Positions 25,901 through 33,759 of a DNA stretch of 64,000 nt are shown one piece after another (within the stretch, counting starts at the first letter, position 1; every line of letters starts with the position of its first letter). Made by a program: the position numbers and the translations under genes. Where the stretch lies: positions 20,182 through 84,181 of the forward strand of contig DJSQ01000212.1 of the NCBI GenBank assembly GCA_002438075.1, in the 5' to 3' direction. This DNA comes from Clostridiales bacterium UBA6330. GTDB taxonomy: Bacteria; Bacillota; Clostridia; Oscillospirales; CAG-272. The notes under the pieces are model-generated. The model saw only the letters and a list, made by a program, of their open reading frames with translations. It was not told where the DNA came from and made no database searches.

Positions 25901-28423
25901 CTGTTTGATAATTGCCCGTCGCTGGTGCTGGTAAGCCTGCCTTCGACTCTGCAAACGCTTGGCAACTATGCGTTCAGAAACTGTGTATCGCTCAAGAACG
26001 TGAACTTCGCTAAGAATTCCGTGATTGAAGTCCTGTATATCGGTACGTTCTATCAGTGTGACTCGTTGGAGAGCATTGAACTTCCCGCAAGCCTGACGGA
26101 AATTCCGGAATTGCTGGAATCCGATACCAAGAGTTACGGCTTGGGTTTGTTCTACGAGTGCGGATCGCTGAAGCGTGTCGTATTCGAGGAGGGCAGCAAG
26201 CTGACGAAGATCGGTAGCTATGCATTTTCCGGTACGGTGTTGGAGTCCATTAACTTCCCGTCTGCGCTTGCTTCCATTGGTAAACAGGCATTTGAAAAAA
26301 CCAATCTGACAACGCTGACGATTCCGGTAACGGTGACATCCATCGGAGAGAATGCTTTTGACGGTTGCAAAAAGCTGACCTCTGTCACGCTTGGAGCGGG
26401 TGTGAAGGTTCTGCCTTCGTATGTGTTCCAGAATTGCGATGCTTTGACAACGGTTAACATTCCCGCAAGCCTCATTTCGATTGATTCTTCTGCTTTCGTG
26501 AATTGCGACAATCTGATAGGATTTACTGTTGATCGGGATAGCGAATCCTTCATGGAAAAAGACGGCGTTGTTTACGACATCAATTGGAACATCGTGCTCT
26601 ACCCGATGGCAAAGACGGAATTTGAGATTCCGGCAGGCATGACCAAGTTCCCTGAAAATTTCTTTGATGATTATAATGACTTTGGAGCTATACCGGAACA
26701 TATTACCGTGGAGGAAGGGAACACCGCATTTAAGGAGATTGGAGGAATTCTTTACGACTTTGAGCTGACTGAGATTGTGTTCTTCCCGGATGACATCACC
26801 GAATTTACGATTCCCGAAAAAATTCCGTCCTCGATGGCTCCCGATGAATTCTTTGAGCTTCTCTTTGAGAAGGGCGTGACTGTAACACTCTCTCCCGAAA
26901 ACACGGATTGCAAAGAACTGTTTGGTGTTATCTACTTTGAGAATGAGGAGTACGGTTGGCTCCCGGGCTATGTTCCCGCCGATTTGACCGAGTTTAAGAT
27001 TCCGAAAGAAGTCACATTCCTTTATTGTGGTGTGAGCTACTATGGATTCTTCCGTGGCAGAAACAGCGCGCTCAAAACGGTGACTTATGAGGAGCGTACT
27101 GAGGAATTGACTATTTACGGTAGCTTCTTCTCCTATGCAACCAATCTGGAAACCGTTTCGTTGCCTGAGAAAACAACGGATCTGAGCAATGCACGCGATT
27201 TGTTCAGCGGCTGTACTTCGCTGCGTGAAGTGAACCTGCCGGCGTCCTTGACTGCTTTGCCGAGAAATTTGGGCACTATGTCGGCACTTGAGCGTATCAA
27301 TGTTGCATCCGGAAACAAGAATTTCCGCTCGATTGACGGTGTTCTTTATCAGGTCAACGGTGACAGTGGTGAGCTTTTGCTGCTTCACTTCCCGGCTACC
27401 AAGACGACCTTTGAGATTCCTAAAGACCTTGGTGGAACTCTTTCCACGATTACCGCGCCCAATCTTGTGTCTGTGACCTATGAAAAGGATGGGGATGGAA
27501 ATGAGGCTATCGGTGCGGCAACCAAGCTGACGCTTTCAAACGGCTCTTATTCTGCAACGTTTAGGAACCTTGCCAAGTTGGAGACTGTTGAGTTGCCGTC
27601 TCGCGTGGAGAATCTTGTAAAAGATGCCTTCGTCGGATGCGACAAACTGACAAGCCTGACCGTTGCGGCGGGTGGAAAGTACAAGGTGGATTCTGTTGGC
27701 GTTGTGTATAAAAAGTCCGAAGAAAAAACCGGTTACTGGAGGCTGTTGTTTATCCCGACATTTGTGAAGTTTGAGAGCTTTGAGATTCCTGCGGATGTCA
27801 GCGAGATTGCGGCTAAGGCGTTTGCCGATACCGGTGTTGTGACAATCACCTTTGCAGCGCGCACCAAGGATCAAACCTTGAAGCTTCTCAATGAATGGAG
27901 TAGCGGCGCATTTGCAAACTGCAAGAATCTGACTACGATTGTATTTCCTGACGGAATCTTTGCTCCGATTACAAAGGACGGTGTTACAACGGTTACGCTT
28001 CCCGCAGGTACCTTCTATGGTTGCTCGGCGCTGACGTCTGTTACACTTCCCGCGGATCTGACGGAAATCGGTGAGAATGCGTTCTATGGATGCAGTGCTC
28101 TTGAAACGCTGACGCTTCCGAGTACGGTTACGAAGATTGGCGACAGTGCGTTCTATGATTGCACAGCGCTTACGACAATGGTTCTTCCTGCAAAGCTGGA
28201 GGAGATTGGTTCTTCTGCCTTCGCTTACTGCACGAGCCTGACCAAAATCGTGATTCCTGCTTCCGTAAAGGTCGTTGGCAGTTATGCGTTCTCCGGTTGG
28301 AAAAAGACGCAGACGATTTATGTAACCTTTGCAAAGGATGCACTTCCCGAGGGCTTCAATAACTACTGGCTCGGATATCGGACGTATGAAGTGAAGGTTG
28401 AGTACAACTACAAAGCAGATTAA
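19910..28423 (+). CDS. Giant surface lipoprotein (2,837 aa): InlB-type B-repeats + Fn3-like modules + BspA-type leucine-rich repeats
   Basis: Start chosen at MKDRQRRIFLVILALLGMFILTFAGC (lipobox, GGAGGG RBS). Flg_new/B-repeat units are present (e.g. VSFDSLGGSAV...REGFLFLGWYSD). Five modules carry W-x-x-V-x-G-A-x-x-Y. Then come near-continuous LRR_5-type units (IPxxVxxIGxxAFxxCxxLxxV). Confidence 0.85.
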   Translation: MKDRQRRIFLVILALLGMFILTFAGCKKKSPGEETSEIPESGDEAGTYYYDAGSGNEYLITLGGQCTYTLTVGNASESGSYTLDGATLTLKAGDTTRTADWHGNELTLDYDGSQLRFLRKVDFTVSFDSLGGSAVGSVTVLNGKTISAPQMPTREGFLFLGWYSDADYKAPFVFDATPVTSDLTLRARWAEKPTDALEYRIRYDLGYDGETLADAETIGEKFYNAAVPAAREGYRFVGWWVSMTNDANKLSYRLEEGSENGGTVFGADTTLFAVWQKTNAAFDVPAVSVSATAISWDSVGATAYLVKLTAPDGSVVVDNQRTTSPTFPISLAMAGEYRVEVTAVDAGGNAVSETAVRYYTNKGLNRVGGFTVIDPSVLVFRGVPNAEKYLITVDCGNPEHTHKAFDNGLALYFNFANCEMKKGGITFTVTAVANGYASSTVTYTYERNLDAVKGLKVQDDILTWNPVSGATFYWVTVGDETFTVLGNSFSLSAFKDASYSIGVTPVAHGFNSSEAATLTYEKKSPALPEEVRLIGTVLTWDAVPGATSYEVKLGDKTLNVAADKTELDLADAAFFAEGSDYTLTLKVTGASGSAEKVLTVRYNAMNPLLTYSQGILRWSPVVGAVTYEVQMNGVTVATIDSGDCFYRVNRFSKSGENTVRVRFNNGVYDSEWAELTVVAHKVTLDGRGGNAVESLYKAVGDPIDLPSMTKNGYNFSAWYNLPNGAESNGRRYSDVYFVESGETVLYAYYTPKAFTIHYNTGDGTDETDTVYFGKNYQLKVPTVSVGTRAFGGWFSAPYGAGIAYTDAEGNSLNAWNYVDDNVTVYAFWVDSVLRYEKIGNAYAVSKGARIDLVSSVTIPAKFNGLPVTEIISGAFEGCKLLTEIRLPDTLTRIAADTAFEGCDALKSVTVYKSGDAKYARYSSVDGVLFDNGESGSTHAPRPVLMPSAKTGTYTVPGGVDVLPRSAFANSKLSKIILPISVKEIGVEAFANCTNLVSVVFEDAGATVGVNGLTIGDRAFLNCTGLTVVTLPARLQSISLTGYAYLQDEMVFTNTQSAFEGCENLTDVVVAKGQKSTYTSVDGVLLGENGTALLYFPMAKSAEGYEIPAGVTKIGDSAFLSVSGLRGTLELPGRVTSIGTAAFAKCRYLTAVTFKSGISKVEIGDYAFYATDISEITFEDGSHVTKIGKAAFKKDDNFDGDDDKTLVIPSTVTSVGDEAFSGFGVLDVEIKEGTEELAFGNNVFYDCEVGTLTLPKNVTALANFFTGLSVEKIVVNEGNKTFISRDGVLYTKDAQGNPATLLIYPSGKDDTDFTVPDGVTAIADGAFKGNEWLENVTLPASLTSIGKEAFSGCKWLEAVTFGQTSGTLSIGEYAFYETGLEKLELPQGVKTTIGAYAFAEDDDLATIKLGGTTEIGAHAFEGAGYYTDIEFPASLETIGDCAFKEASISSVTFEDGSKLKTIGGYAFSETKISEIVITGSVESIGAQAFSYCESLKKVEFMDGTADLVIGAPYLDEYGNYDYGRVFYYYSSAIETLNLPARLTVIYQEAFSDMRNLKTVTFGSAEKPSRLTTIGEAAFKSTGLTSVTIPKSVRNTDSAIGIGKEAFAQANISTLIFEAGGSMETAPLTIGESAFADIKATTVTFPARLAFFTDANGNVTAPLANGKDVFSGASSNNVKFYHVTGDGKSAYVSEDGILYNADKTEIVLCGTSRTTPVVIPATVKTIAAGTFKGCAFIPTLTFAQGSVCTEIGAEAFSGCKLLTTVALPNGITTIGEDAFYNCSALTAFTLPASLEVFDPSIISYCTGLQNLYVANGSKTYCAIDGVLFTADKKTLVFYLASRTNASYEIPNGTVEIADSAFNRNSYLQKVTIPNTVMLIGNGAFSGCRGLTEVNFAAGGTDALVIGYGSFSSSGVTSIRIPARTKAIEGSAFSNAKLASLTFENGSQLTSIADYAFSSTALTAVALPTSLRELGESVFSSCKSLKSAILPEGLLTVDEGLFDNCPSLVLVSLPSTLQTLGNYAFRNCVSLKNVNFAKNSVIEVLYIGTFYQCDSLESIELPASLTEIPELLESDTKSYGLGLFYECGSLKRVVFEEGSKLTKIGSYAFSGTVLESINFPSALASIGKQAFEKTNLTTLTIPVTVTSIGENAFDGCKKLTSVTLGAGVKVLPSYVFQNCDALTTVNIPASLISIDSSAFVNCDNLIGFTVDRDSESFMEKDGVVYDINWNIVLYPMAKTEFEIPAGMTKFPENFFDDYNDFGAIPEHITVEEGNTAFKEIGGILYDFELTEIVFFPDDITEFTIPEKIPSSMAPDEFFELLFEKGVTVTLSPENTDCKELFGVIYFENEEYGWLPGYVPADLTEFKIPKEVTFLYCGVSYYGFFRGRNSALKTVTYEERTEELTIYGSFFSYATNLETVSLPEKTTDLSNARDLFSGCTSLREVNLPASLTALPRNLGTMSALERINVASGNKNFRSIDGVLYQVNGDSGELLLLHFPATKTTFEIPKDLGGTLSTITAPNLVSVTYEKDGDGNEAIGAATKLTLSNGSYSATFRNLAKLETVELPSRVENLVKDAFVGCDKLTSLTVAAGGKYKVDSVGVVYKKSEEKTGYWRLLFIPTFVKFESFEIPADVSEIAAKAFADTGVVTITFAARTKDQTLKLLNEWSSGAFANCKNLTTIVFPDGIFAPITKDGVTTVTLPAGTFYGCSALTSVTLPADLTEIGENAFYGCSALETLTLPSTVTKIGDSAFYDCTALTTMVLPAKLEEIGSSAFAYCTSLTKIVIPASVKVVGSYAFSGWKKTQTIYVTFAKDALPEGFNNYWLGYRTYEVKVEYNYKAD
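22465..28325 (+). repeat. Protein-level array of BspA-type LRR units inside the giant lipoprotein gene
   Basis: About 1,950 aa of consecutive ...AF.GC..L..V.IP..V..IG... units. At 23-25 aa per unit this implies roughly 80 units (not counted individually). The DNA copies are diverged; no long identical DNA repeats were noticed. Confidence 0.8.
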
Positions 28424-28460
28424 GACAATACAGCTGACCCTTTGAGGCAGACAACGGCAT

Positions 28461-28512
28461 CCGCCCGGGAATTTTCCCGGGTGGGTGCTACTGTCGTTTT
28501 TGGGGAAACGAC
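28461..28512 (+). terminator. Tandem hairpins after the giant gene (probable terminator)
   Basis: 10-bp stem ccgcccggga / tcccgggtgg (28461-28484), then gtcgttt / aaacgac (28493-28512), with T-runs around them. Confidence 0.45.
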
Positions 28513-28528
28513 AAAATTTTCAATTTCT

Positions 28529-28557
28529 TTGCAAGTTTCGATTGAAATATGCATAAT
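28529..28557 (+). promoter_or_regulatory. Candidate promoter of the MoxR/VWA operon (TTGCAA, 17 nt, CATAAT)
   Basis: ttgcaa at 28529-28534 and cataat at 28552-28557, 34 nt upstream of the 28591 start. Confidence 0.4.
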
Positions 28558-28590
28558 TACTCACTTCCTCACGAAAGGAGGAGACAATTT

Positions 28591-29730
28591 ATGTTGGAAA
28601 AAGATTCTTTATTCAAGCAATATCATCATCGGATGGTACGGGAGGGGATATTCTCGTCTGTCTGCTTCGGCTTGATGATTGCCTCGGGCGCGGTTTTTGT
28701 GTCGGCGCTGGTTTGCTGGCTTTTGCGGTTTACGCAGATCCTGTTGCCGCTTGCAATCGGCGGCGGGGTACTTTTGGTCAGCTCGATTCTGTTCTTCGTG
28801 CTGAAATTCCGACCTACCGAGCGGAAGGTCGCGCGACGGATCGACCAAATGGGGCTTGAGGAACGCACGGTTACAATGCTGGACCTTGCGGAGGATGACT
28901 CCTACATTGCCCGTAAACAGCGTGAGGATACCCGCGAGAAGGTGCGGGAGGTCAAGCGCGAACAGGTCCGTTCCAATTTCCCGCTTGTGAATCTCAAAGC
29001 GAGCGCCGTATTCATGCTTTGCGCGGCGCTTGTGATGGGTGCTGGTATGACAACCGTTATGGGGCTGACGGGCTCCGGTGTTATTCCGTCTCCCGATATT
29101 TTGCCGTCGGACGAAAAGCAGGAAACCTTCTTCACGGTAACGTATCTTACCGAAGGAGAGGGCGACATTGAAGGCGAGGCGGACCAGACCGTGCTTGCGG
29201 GCGAGGATGCCACCACGGTTGTGGCGGTTCCGCAGGATGGTTGGATTTTCGTCAAGTGGAGCGACGGTGTCAAGAGCCCCGAGCGGACAGACCTCGGTTT
29301 GACCGATGATTTGGAGGTGACCGCCACATTTGAGGAAATCGGCGATGGCTCGGACGGTGAGGACGGCGACGGTGCCGGCAAAGACGACGATGCGGATGCC
29401 GACAAGGATGTTCCGGACGATAACAAGACCGACGGTGCTTCGTCTGCCGGCTCCGATGGCGGCGACGGCGGCGAGGGGAACAGCGACGGTGATAAGGGTG
29501 ACGGAAGCGGTTCCGGAAACGGCGGTCAGGAAGGCGGCGGTAAAGGAAACGGTCGGGGCGAAGGCTCCGGCGGCGGATGGTCCGAAGGCAATCAGGTCAT
29601 CGACGGAAAAACCGATTACCGTGATGTTTACGATAACTATTACGACGAAGCAATGGAAATCATCCGGAACGGCGGAGAGCTGCCGGATTACCTCAAGGAA
29701 TTCATTGAAAAATACTACGGCAGCATCTGA
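28591..29730 (+). CDS. Membrane protein with a B-repeat-like domain, an Asp/Gly-rich low-complexity tract and a conserved-looking C-terminal helix
   Basis: Start at MLEKDSLF (GGAGGAG RBS, 7-nt spacing). Three hydrophobic segments. FFTVTYLTEGEGDIEG...DGWIFVKWSDG resembles a B-repeat. About 100 aa are rich in D/G/S/E/K. It ends ...ELPDYLKEFIEKYYGSI. Confidence 0.7.
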   Translation: MLEKDSLFKQYHHRMVREGIFSSVCFGLMIASGAVFVSALVCWLLRFTQILLPLAIGGGVLLVSSILFFVLKFRPTERKVARRIDQMGLEERTVTMLDLAEDDSYIARKQREDTREKVREVKREQVRSNFPLVNLKASAVFMLCAALVMGAGMTTVMGLTGSGVIPSPDILPSDEKQETFFTVTYLTEGEGDIEGEADQTVLAGEDATTVVAVPQDGWIFVKWSDGVKSPERTDLGLTDDLEVTATFEEIGDGSDGEDGDGAGKDDDADADKDVPDDNKTDGASSAGSDGGDGGEGNSDGDKGDGSGSGNGGQEGGGKGNGRGEGSGGGWSEGNQVIDGKTDYRDVYDNYYDEAMEIIRNGGELPDYLKEFIEKYYGSI

Positions 29731-29775
29731 GCGCTTCTTGATGCCCGTAACATTCAGAAAAGGAAAACAATAGCT

Positions 29776-30837
29776 ATGATTACAGAGGAAAGCATTCAGC
29801 AGTTCAGCAAAAATTGCGAGAATATTTTTACCCAGATTCGCCGCGACGTCATTGGTCAGCAGGAGGTCGTGGAGGGAACCGTCATTGCGATGATTGCAGG
29901 CGGTAACGTCCTGCTTGAGGGTGTCCCCGGGGTCGGTAAGACCCGTTTGGTGCGGACGCTCGGTCGCGTGTTCGATATGCCGTTCTCCCGTATTCAGTTC
30001 ACCCCCGACCTGATGCCCGCAGACGTAACCGGTACCAATATCATCGTCAAGGGTGAGGACGGAAACTCGCAGTTCCAATTCCAGCCGGGACCGATTTTCA
30101 GCAACATTGTGCTTGCCGATGAAATCAACCGTGCAACCCCGAAAACGCAGTCCGCGCTTCTGGAGGCGATGCAGGAGCACACGGTTACGGTTATGGGTGT
30201 TTCCCGCAAAATGAAGGAGCCGTTCTTCGTGCTCGCAACCCAGAACCCGATCGAGCAGGACGGTACCTATCCGTTGCCCGAGGCGCAGATGGACCGTTTC
30301 ATGTTCAATCTGATTGTTCCGAACCCGGGGCTGGATGAGCTGATGGCGATTGTCAACATGACCCAGAAAACGATGGCAGAGGTTGCCGAGCCTGTTTGCA
30401 GCGGTGAGGAGCTGCTGAAAATGCGTGAAACCGCAAATCAGGTCCCCGTTGCGGAGGAGGTCATGCGGTATGCCATGACGCTCTGCTCGGCAACGCACCC
30501 GAACAGCGACTGTGCTTCCGAAGCGGCGAAAAAATATGTCCGTCTGGGTGCCAGCCCGCGTGCGGGTCAGGCACTGATTTCCGCAGCAAAGGTCAAGGCG
30601 CTGATGAACGGGCGCTTCAATGTTGCCTACAGCGATGTGAATGCGCTGGCGGCACCCGTTCTGCGCCACAGAATGAAGCTGAACTTCGAGGCGATTGCCG
30701 ACCGTGTCGCTCCCGATGCGATTGTGAAGATGATTGTCGAGGAAGTCGGCACACGGTTCGGTCTGAACCCCAAAAAGGAAGAGGCTGCCGCAAAAGCGGA
30801 AAGCAAGAAGGGGCTGTTCTCCGGCAAAAAGGCATGA
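29776..30837 (+). CDS. MoxR-family AAA+ ATPase
   Basis: 353 aa. Walker A GVPGVGKT, Walker B LADEINRA, RIQFTPDLMPADVTG and sensor motifs typical of MoxR/RavA-like ATPases. Confidence 0.9.
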   Translation: MITEESIQQFSKNCENIFTQIRRDVIGQQEVVEGTVIAMIAGGNVLLEGVPGVGKTRLVRTLGRVFDMPFSRIQFTPDLMPADVTGTNIIVKGEDGNSQFQFQPGPIFSNIVLADEINRATPKTQSALLEAMQEHTVTVMGVSRKMKEPFFVLATQNPIEQDGTYPLPEAQMDRFMFNLIVPNPGLDELMAIVNMTQKTMAEVAEPVCSGEELLKMRETANQVPVAEEVMRYAMTLCSATHPNSDCASEAAKKYVRLGASPRAGQALISAAKVKALMNGRFNVAYSDVNALAAPVLRHRMKLNFEAIADRVAPDAIVKMIVEEVGTRFGLNPKKEEAAAKAESKKGLFSGKKA

Positions 30838-30919
30838 TGCCTTTTGCCGAAGCAGTCAAACCCAAAGAAAGGATTTTGCCAAGGCAATTTTGCCAAGGTC
30901 AAGGCGGTAAACAATCAGA

Positions 30920-31816
30920 ATGAAGACATCCTATCTGAATGACGCTTTTTTCAGCCGATTGGAAACCTGCGCACTCAATCTGCGGTCTGATCTGACAGGC
31001 TTTTTCGGAGGAAAGCATCTCGTGAAAACCTACGGACAGACGGTGGAATTTGCCGATTATCGGGAATATATGCTCGGGGATGATATTCGGCGAATCGACT
31101 GGAATCTGTACAGTCGGTTTGAAAAATATTTTCTGAAGCTGTTCACCGACGAAAGACAAATGCACACGCAAATCTTTCTGGATTGCTCCGCTTCCATGGG
31201 AAGAGTACAGCCGGGCAAGGCCGCTTACGCAATCGCGGCAGCGGCGGCGCTCGGGTTTCTGTCCGTCCATAACACCGATAAGGTCTCCTTTAAGCTGATG
31301 CGAGAGAATCGGGCGGAGGACCCTTACGGCGTTTTGGTTGGAAAGAAAGCGTTCTTTCGGGCGATTGCATCGTTGGAGCAAACCGAATTTGACGGCGAAA
31401 CGGATATTGCAGCTGCTGTGACGGGGTGCGATACGGGTACACGTGACGGTCTGACGGTTATTATTTCGGATTTCCTGACGGACAGCAACTGGAAAAAGGC
31501 GGTTGATTATCTGCAATATAAGAACCGTCAGGTGCTCCTGCTTCAGGTTCTGACACCGGATGAGTTGGACCCCTCCTACAACGGAAACGTCAACCTGATG
31601 GACGCGGAAGCGGTGGATCAGTTCGACAGTCGGAATATGCGGCTGAAAATTACCTCCGGAATGCTCGCGGCGTATGACGAAGCCCTGCGGGACTTCCTTG
31701 CCGACATGAAGTCGTTTTGCTCGTCTCGTGACACGGGATATATTACGGTGAACAGCAAGGAGCCGATTGAGCGGGTGCTGTTCGGTGATTTGCTGAAAGT
31801 AGGTATCATGCAATGA
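30920..31816 (+). CDS. DUF58 domain protein
   Basis: 298 aa. FADYREYMLGDDIRRIDWNLYSR is the DUF58 signature. The position directly after MoxR is the classical arrangement. Confidence 0.85.
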   Translation: MKTSYLNDAFFSRLETCALNLRSDLTGFFGGKHLVKTYGQTVEFADYREYMLGDDIRRIDWNLYSRFEKYFLKLFTDERQMHTQIFLDCSASMGRVQPGKAAYAIAAAAALGFLSVHNTDKVSFKLMRENRAEDPYGVLVGKKAFFRAIASLEQTEFDGETDIAAAVTGCDTGTRDGLTVIISDFLTDSNWKKAVDYLQYKNRQVLLLQVLTPDELDPSYNGNVNLMDAEAVDQFDSRNMRLKITSGMLAAYDEALRDFLADMKSFCSSRDTGYITVNSKEPIERVLFGDLLKVGIMQ

Positions 31817-33744
31817 GTTTACTTGCCCCACTTGGTCTGCTGGGTTTACTCGGAACAGGTATTCTGATTTTCATTTACCTGATTAAACCGAATTATCAGC
31901 AGAAATTGGTTTCCAGTACCTATATCTGGAAGCTGAGTCTGAAATATAAGAAAAAACGGGTACCAGTCAGCCGCTTGCGGAATATTTTGATTTTCCTGTG
32001 TCAGTTTCTGGCACTGGCGGCATTCGGGCTTCTGTTGGCTCAACCTGTGATTCAACACATGGTTACAACTCCGAAAAACGAAAAGGTCGTAATTATTGAT
32101 GCGTCCGCAAGTATGCAGGTGGAGAGCGACGGAAAGACCCGATTTGAACGCGCCGTGGAGCAGGTCAAGGCTTTGGCTGAAACCACGCTTTCCTCCGATG
32201 ACGGTGCAATGAGCGTTATTGTGGCGGATTCCGATGCCTATCTGTTGGTTTCCCGCGCAACGGCGGGGAATCTTTCGGAGGTCAACGCGAAGCTGACCGC
32301 ACTTTGCAGTGACGGGCTTGCCTGCGGCTACGGCAGTGCGGATATGAACGGTGCCGCCGAGCTTGCAGAGACAATTCTGAACCGAAATTCCGAATCGGAG
32401 GTCCTGCTCTATACCGCGACGGAATACATCAATCAGGGCGGCTTTCATGTTGTGAATGTTTCCTCTGCGGACGACTGGAATGCGGCGGTACTCAACTGTG
32501 TTCCGAATCTGGCGGAGCAGACCAACTCCTACTCCTTCATGGTTGATGTCGGATGCTACGGAAGGTCAAAGGCCGTGGCGGTTTCCTGCGAATTGTTCGG
32601 GGTCAACAAGCTGACCGACAGCACCGGTACGGTGACTCGTCCTGCGGTCAATCTGAGCGCGACCAAAACGGAATATTTCAGTGATGCGGAGCCCACAAAA
32701 ACCATAGAATTCACGATAGAGGATTTCGGGTACGATTCGCAGATTGTCACCTTTGAATATATGTATGTACATATCGATGAGGATGACGGTTTTGAAAAGG
32801 ACAACACATTCAATGTCTACGGTGGAGAAAAGCCAGTGTTGCGCGTGCAGTACGCAAGTACGCAGACGAATAACTTCTTTTCAGGTGTGTTGCGTTCCAT
32901 GCGGCAGGCATTGATGGGAAGCTATACGCTGGATGTTAAAACGGTCGCTTATAAGGATGCCAAGACCGAGGGCTTTGACCTTTACATCTTTGAGCATCGG
33001 ATGCCGGAGGAAATGCCAACAGACGGCGTGGTGCTGCTGGCGGATCCTGACAGCGCACCGAGCGGAAGCGGCTTGGAGTTCGGAGATTCGGTATCGGTGG
33101 ACAGCTCTTCAACGCTTGCGTCGGGTGTGACGCATCCGCTTACCGATCACGTCAACCCCGACCGCATCACTGTGGCGAAGTACCGCCGCGTGAACGCATC
33201 TGATGGTTATGACGAATTGCTTTATTACCACGGCGATCCGATTCTGCTGGTGAAAAACGAGGATCGCGCCAAGACCGTGGTCCTGACGCTGGACCTGAAC
33301 AACTCCAGCCTCGGTGTTGTGCTGGATTTTCCGGTGCTGATGTATAATCTGTTTACCTATTTCTTCCCGCCGACTCTGACGGGGAATGCCTTTGAGGTAG
33401 GGGAAAGCGTGACCGTGAATGCACGAGGCACGGACCTGACGCTGGATGGTCCCGGATATCAGAAAGCGGGCTTTGACAGCCTGCCTGCGACCGTGATTCT
33501 CACACAGCCCGGGGACTATACCGTCATGCAGACCAACATGAAGGGAACAACGGAATTACAGCAGTTTTTCGTACACATTCCGCAAAGCGAAAGCAACATT
33601 ACCGAGGCAGTGGATGAATTGCCGCTGCTCCGTTCGGAAACAACGATGGAAGAAACTACCACAGACCTCATTCTTTGGATTGCGGCGGCGGCACTCTTCC
33701 TGCTGTTTGCGGAGTGGTGGTTGCACTCCAGAGAATCACTGTAA
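31813..33744 (+). CDS. BatA-type N-terminal double-TM protein with a VWA-like domain and a C-terminal TM anchor
   Basis: 643 aa. N-terminus LLAPLGLLGLLGTGILIFIYLIKP...; MIDAS-like VVIIDASASM; C-terminal LILWIAAAALFLLFAEWWL. ATGA overlap with the DUF58 gene. Confidence 0.8.
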   Translation: MSLLAPLGLLGLLGTGILIFIYLIKPNYQQKLVSSTYIWKLSLKYKKKRVPVSRLRNILIFLCQFLALAAFGLLLAQPVIQHMVTTPKNEKVVIIDASASMQVESDGKTRFERAVEQVKALAETTLSSDDGAMSVIVADSDAYLLVSRATAGNLSEVNAKLTALCSDGLACGYGSADMNGAAELAETILNRNSESEVLLYTATEYINQGGFHVVNVSSADDWNAAVLNCVPNLAEQTNSYSFMVDVGCYGRSKAVAVSCELFGVNKLTDSTGTVTRPAVNLSATKTEYFSDAEPTKTIEFTIEDFGYDSQIVTFEYMYVHIDEDDGFEKDNTFNVYGGEKPVLRVQYASTQTNNFFSGVLRSMRQALMGSYTLDVKTVAYKDAKTEGFDLYIFEHRMPEEMPTDGVVLLADPDSAPSGSGLEFGDSVSVDSSSTLASGVTHPLTDHVNPDRITVAKYRRVNASDGYDELLYYHGDPILLVKNEDRAKTVVLTLDLNNSSLGVVLDFPVLMYNLFTYFFPPTLTGNAFEVGESVTVNARGTDLTLDGPGYQKAGFDSLPATVILTQPGDYTVMQTNMKGTTELQQFFVHIPQSESNITEAVDELPLLRSETTMEETTTDLILWIAAAALFLLFAEWWLHSRESL

Positions 33745-33759
33745 GAAAGGAGAAACAAA

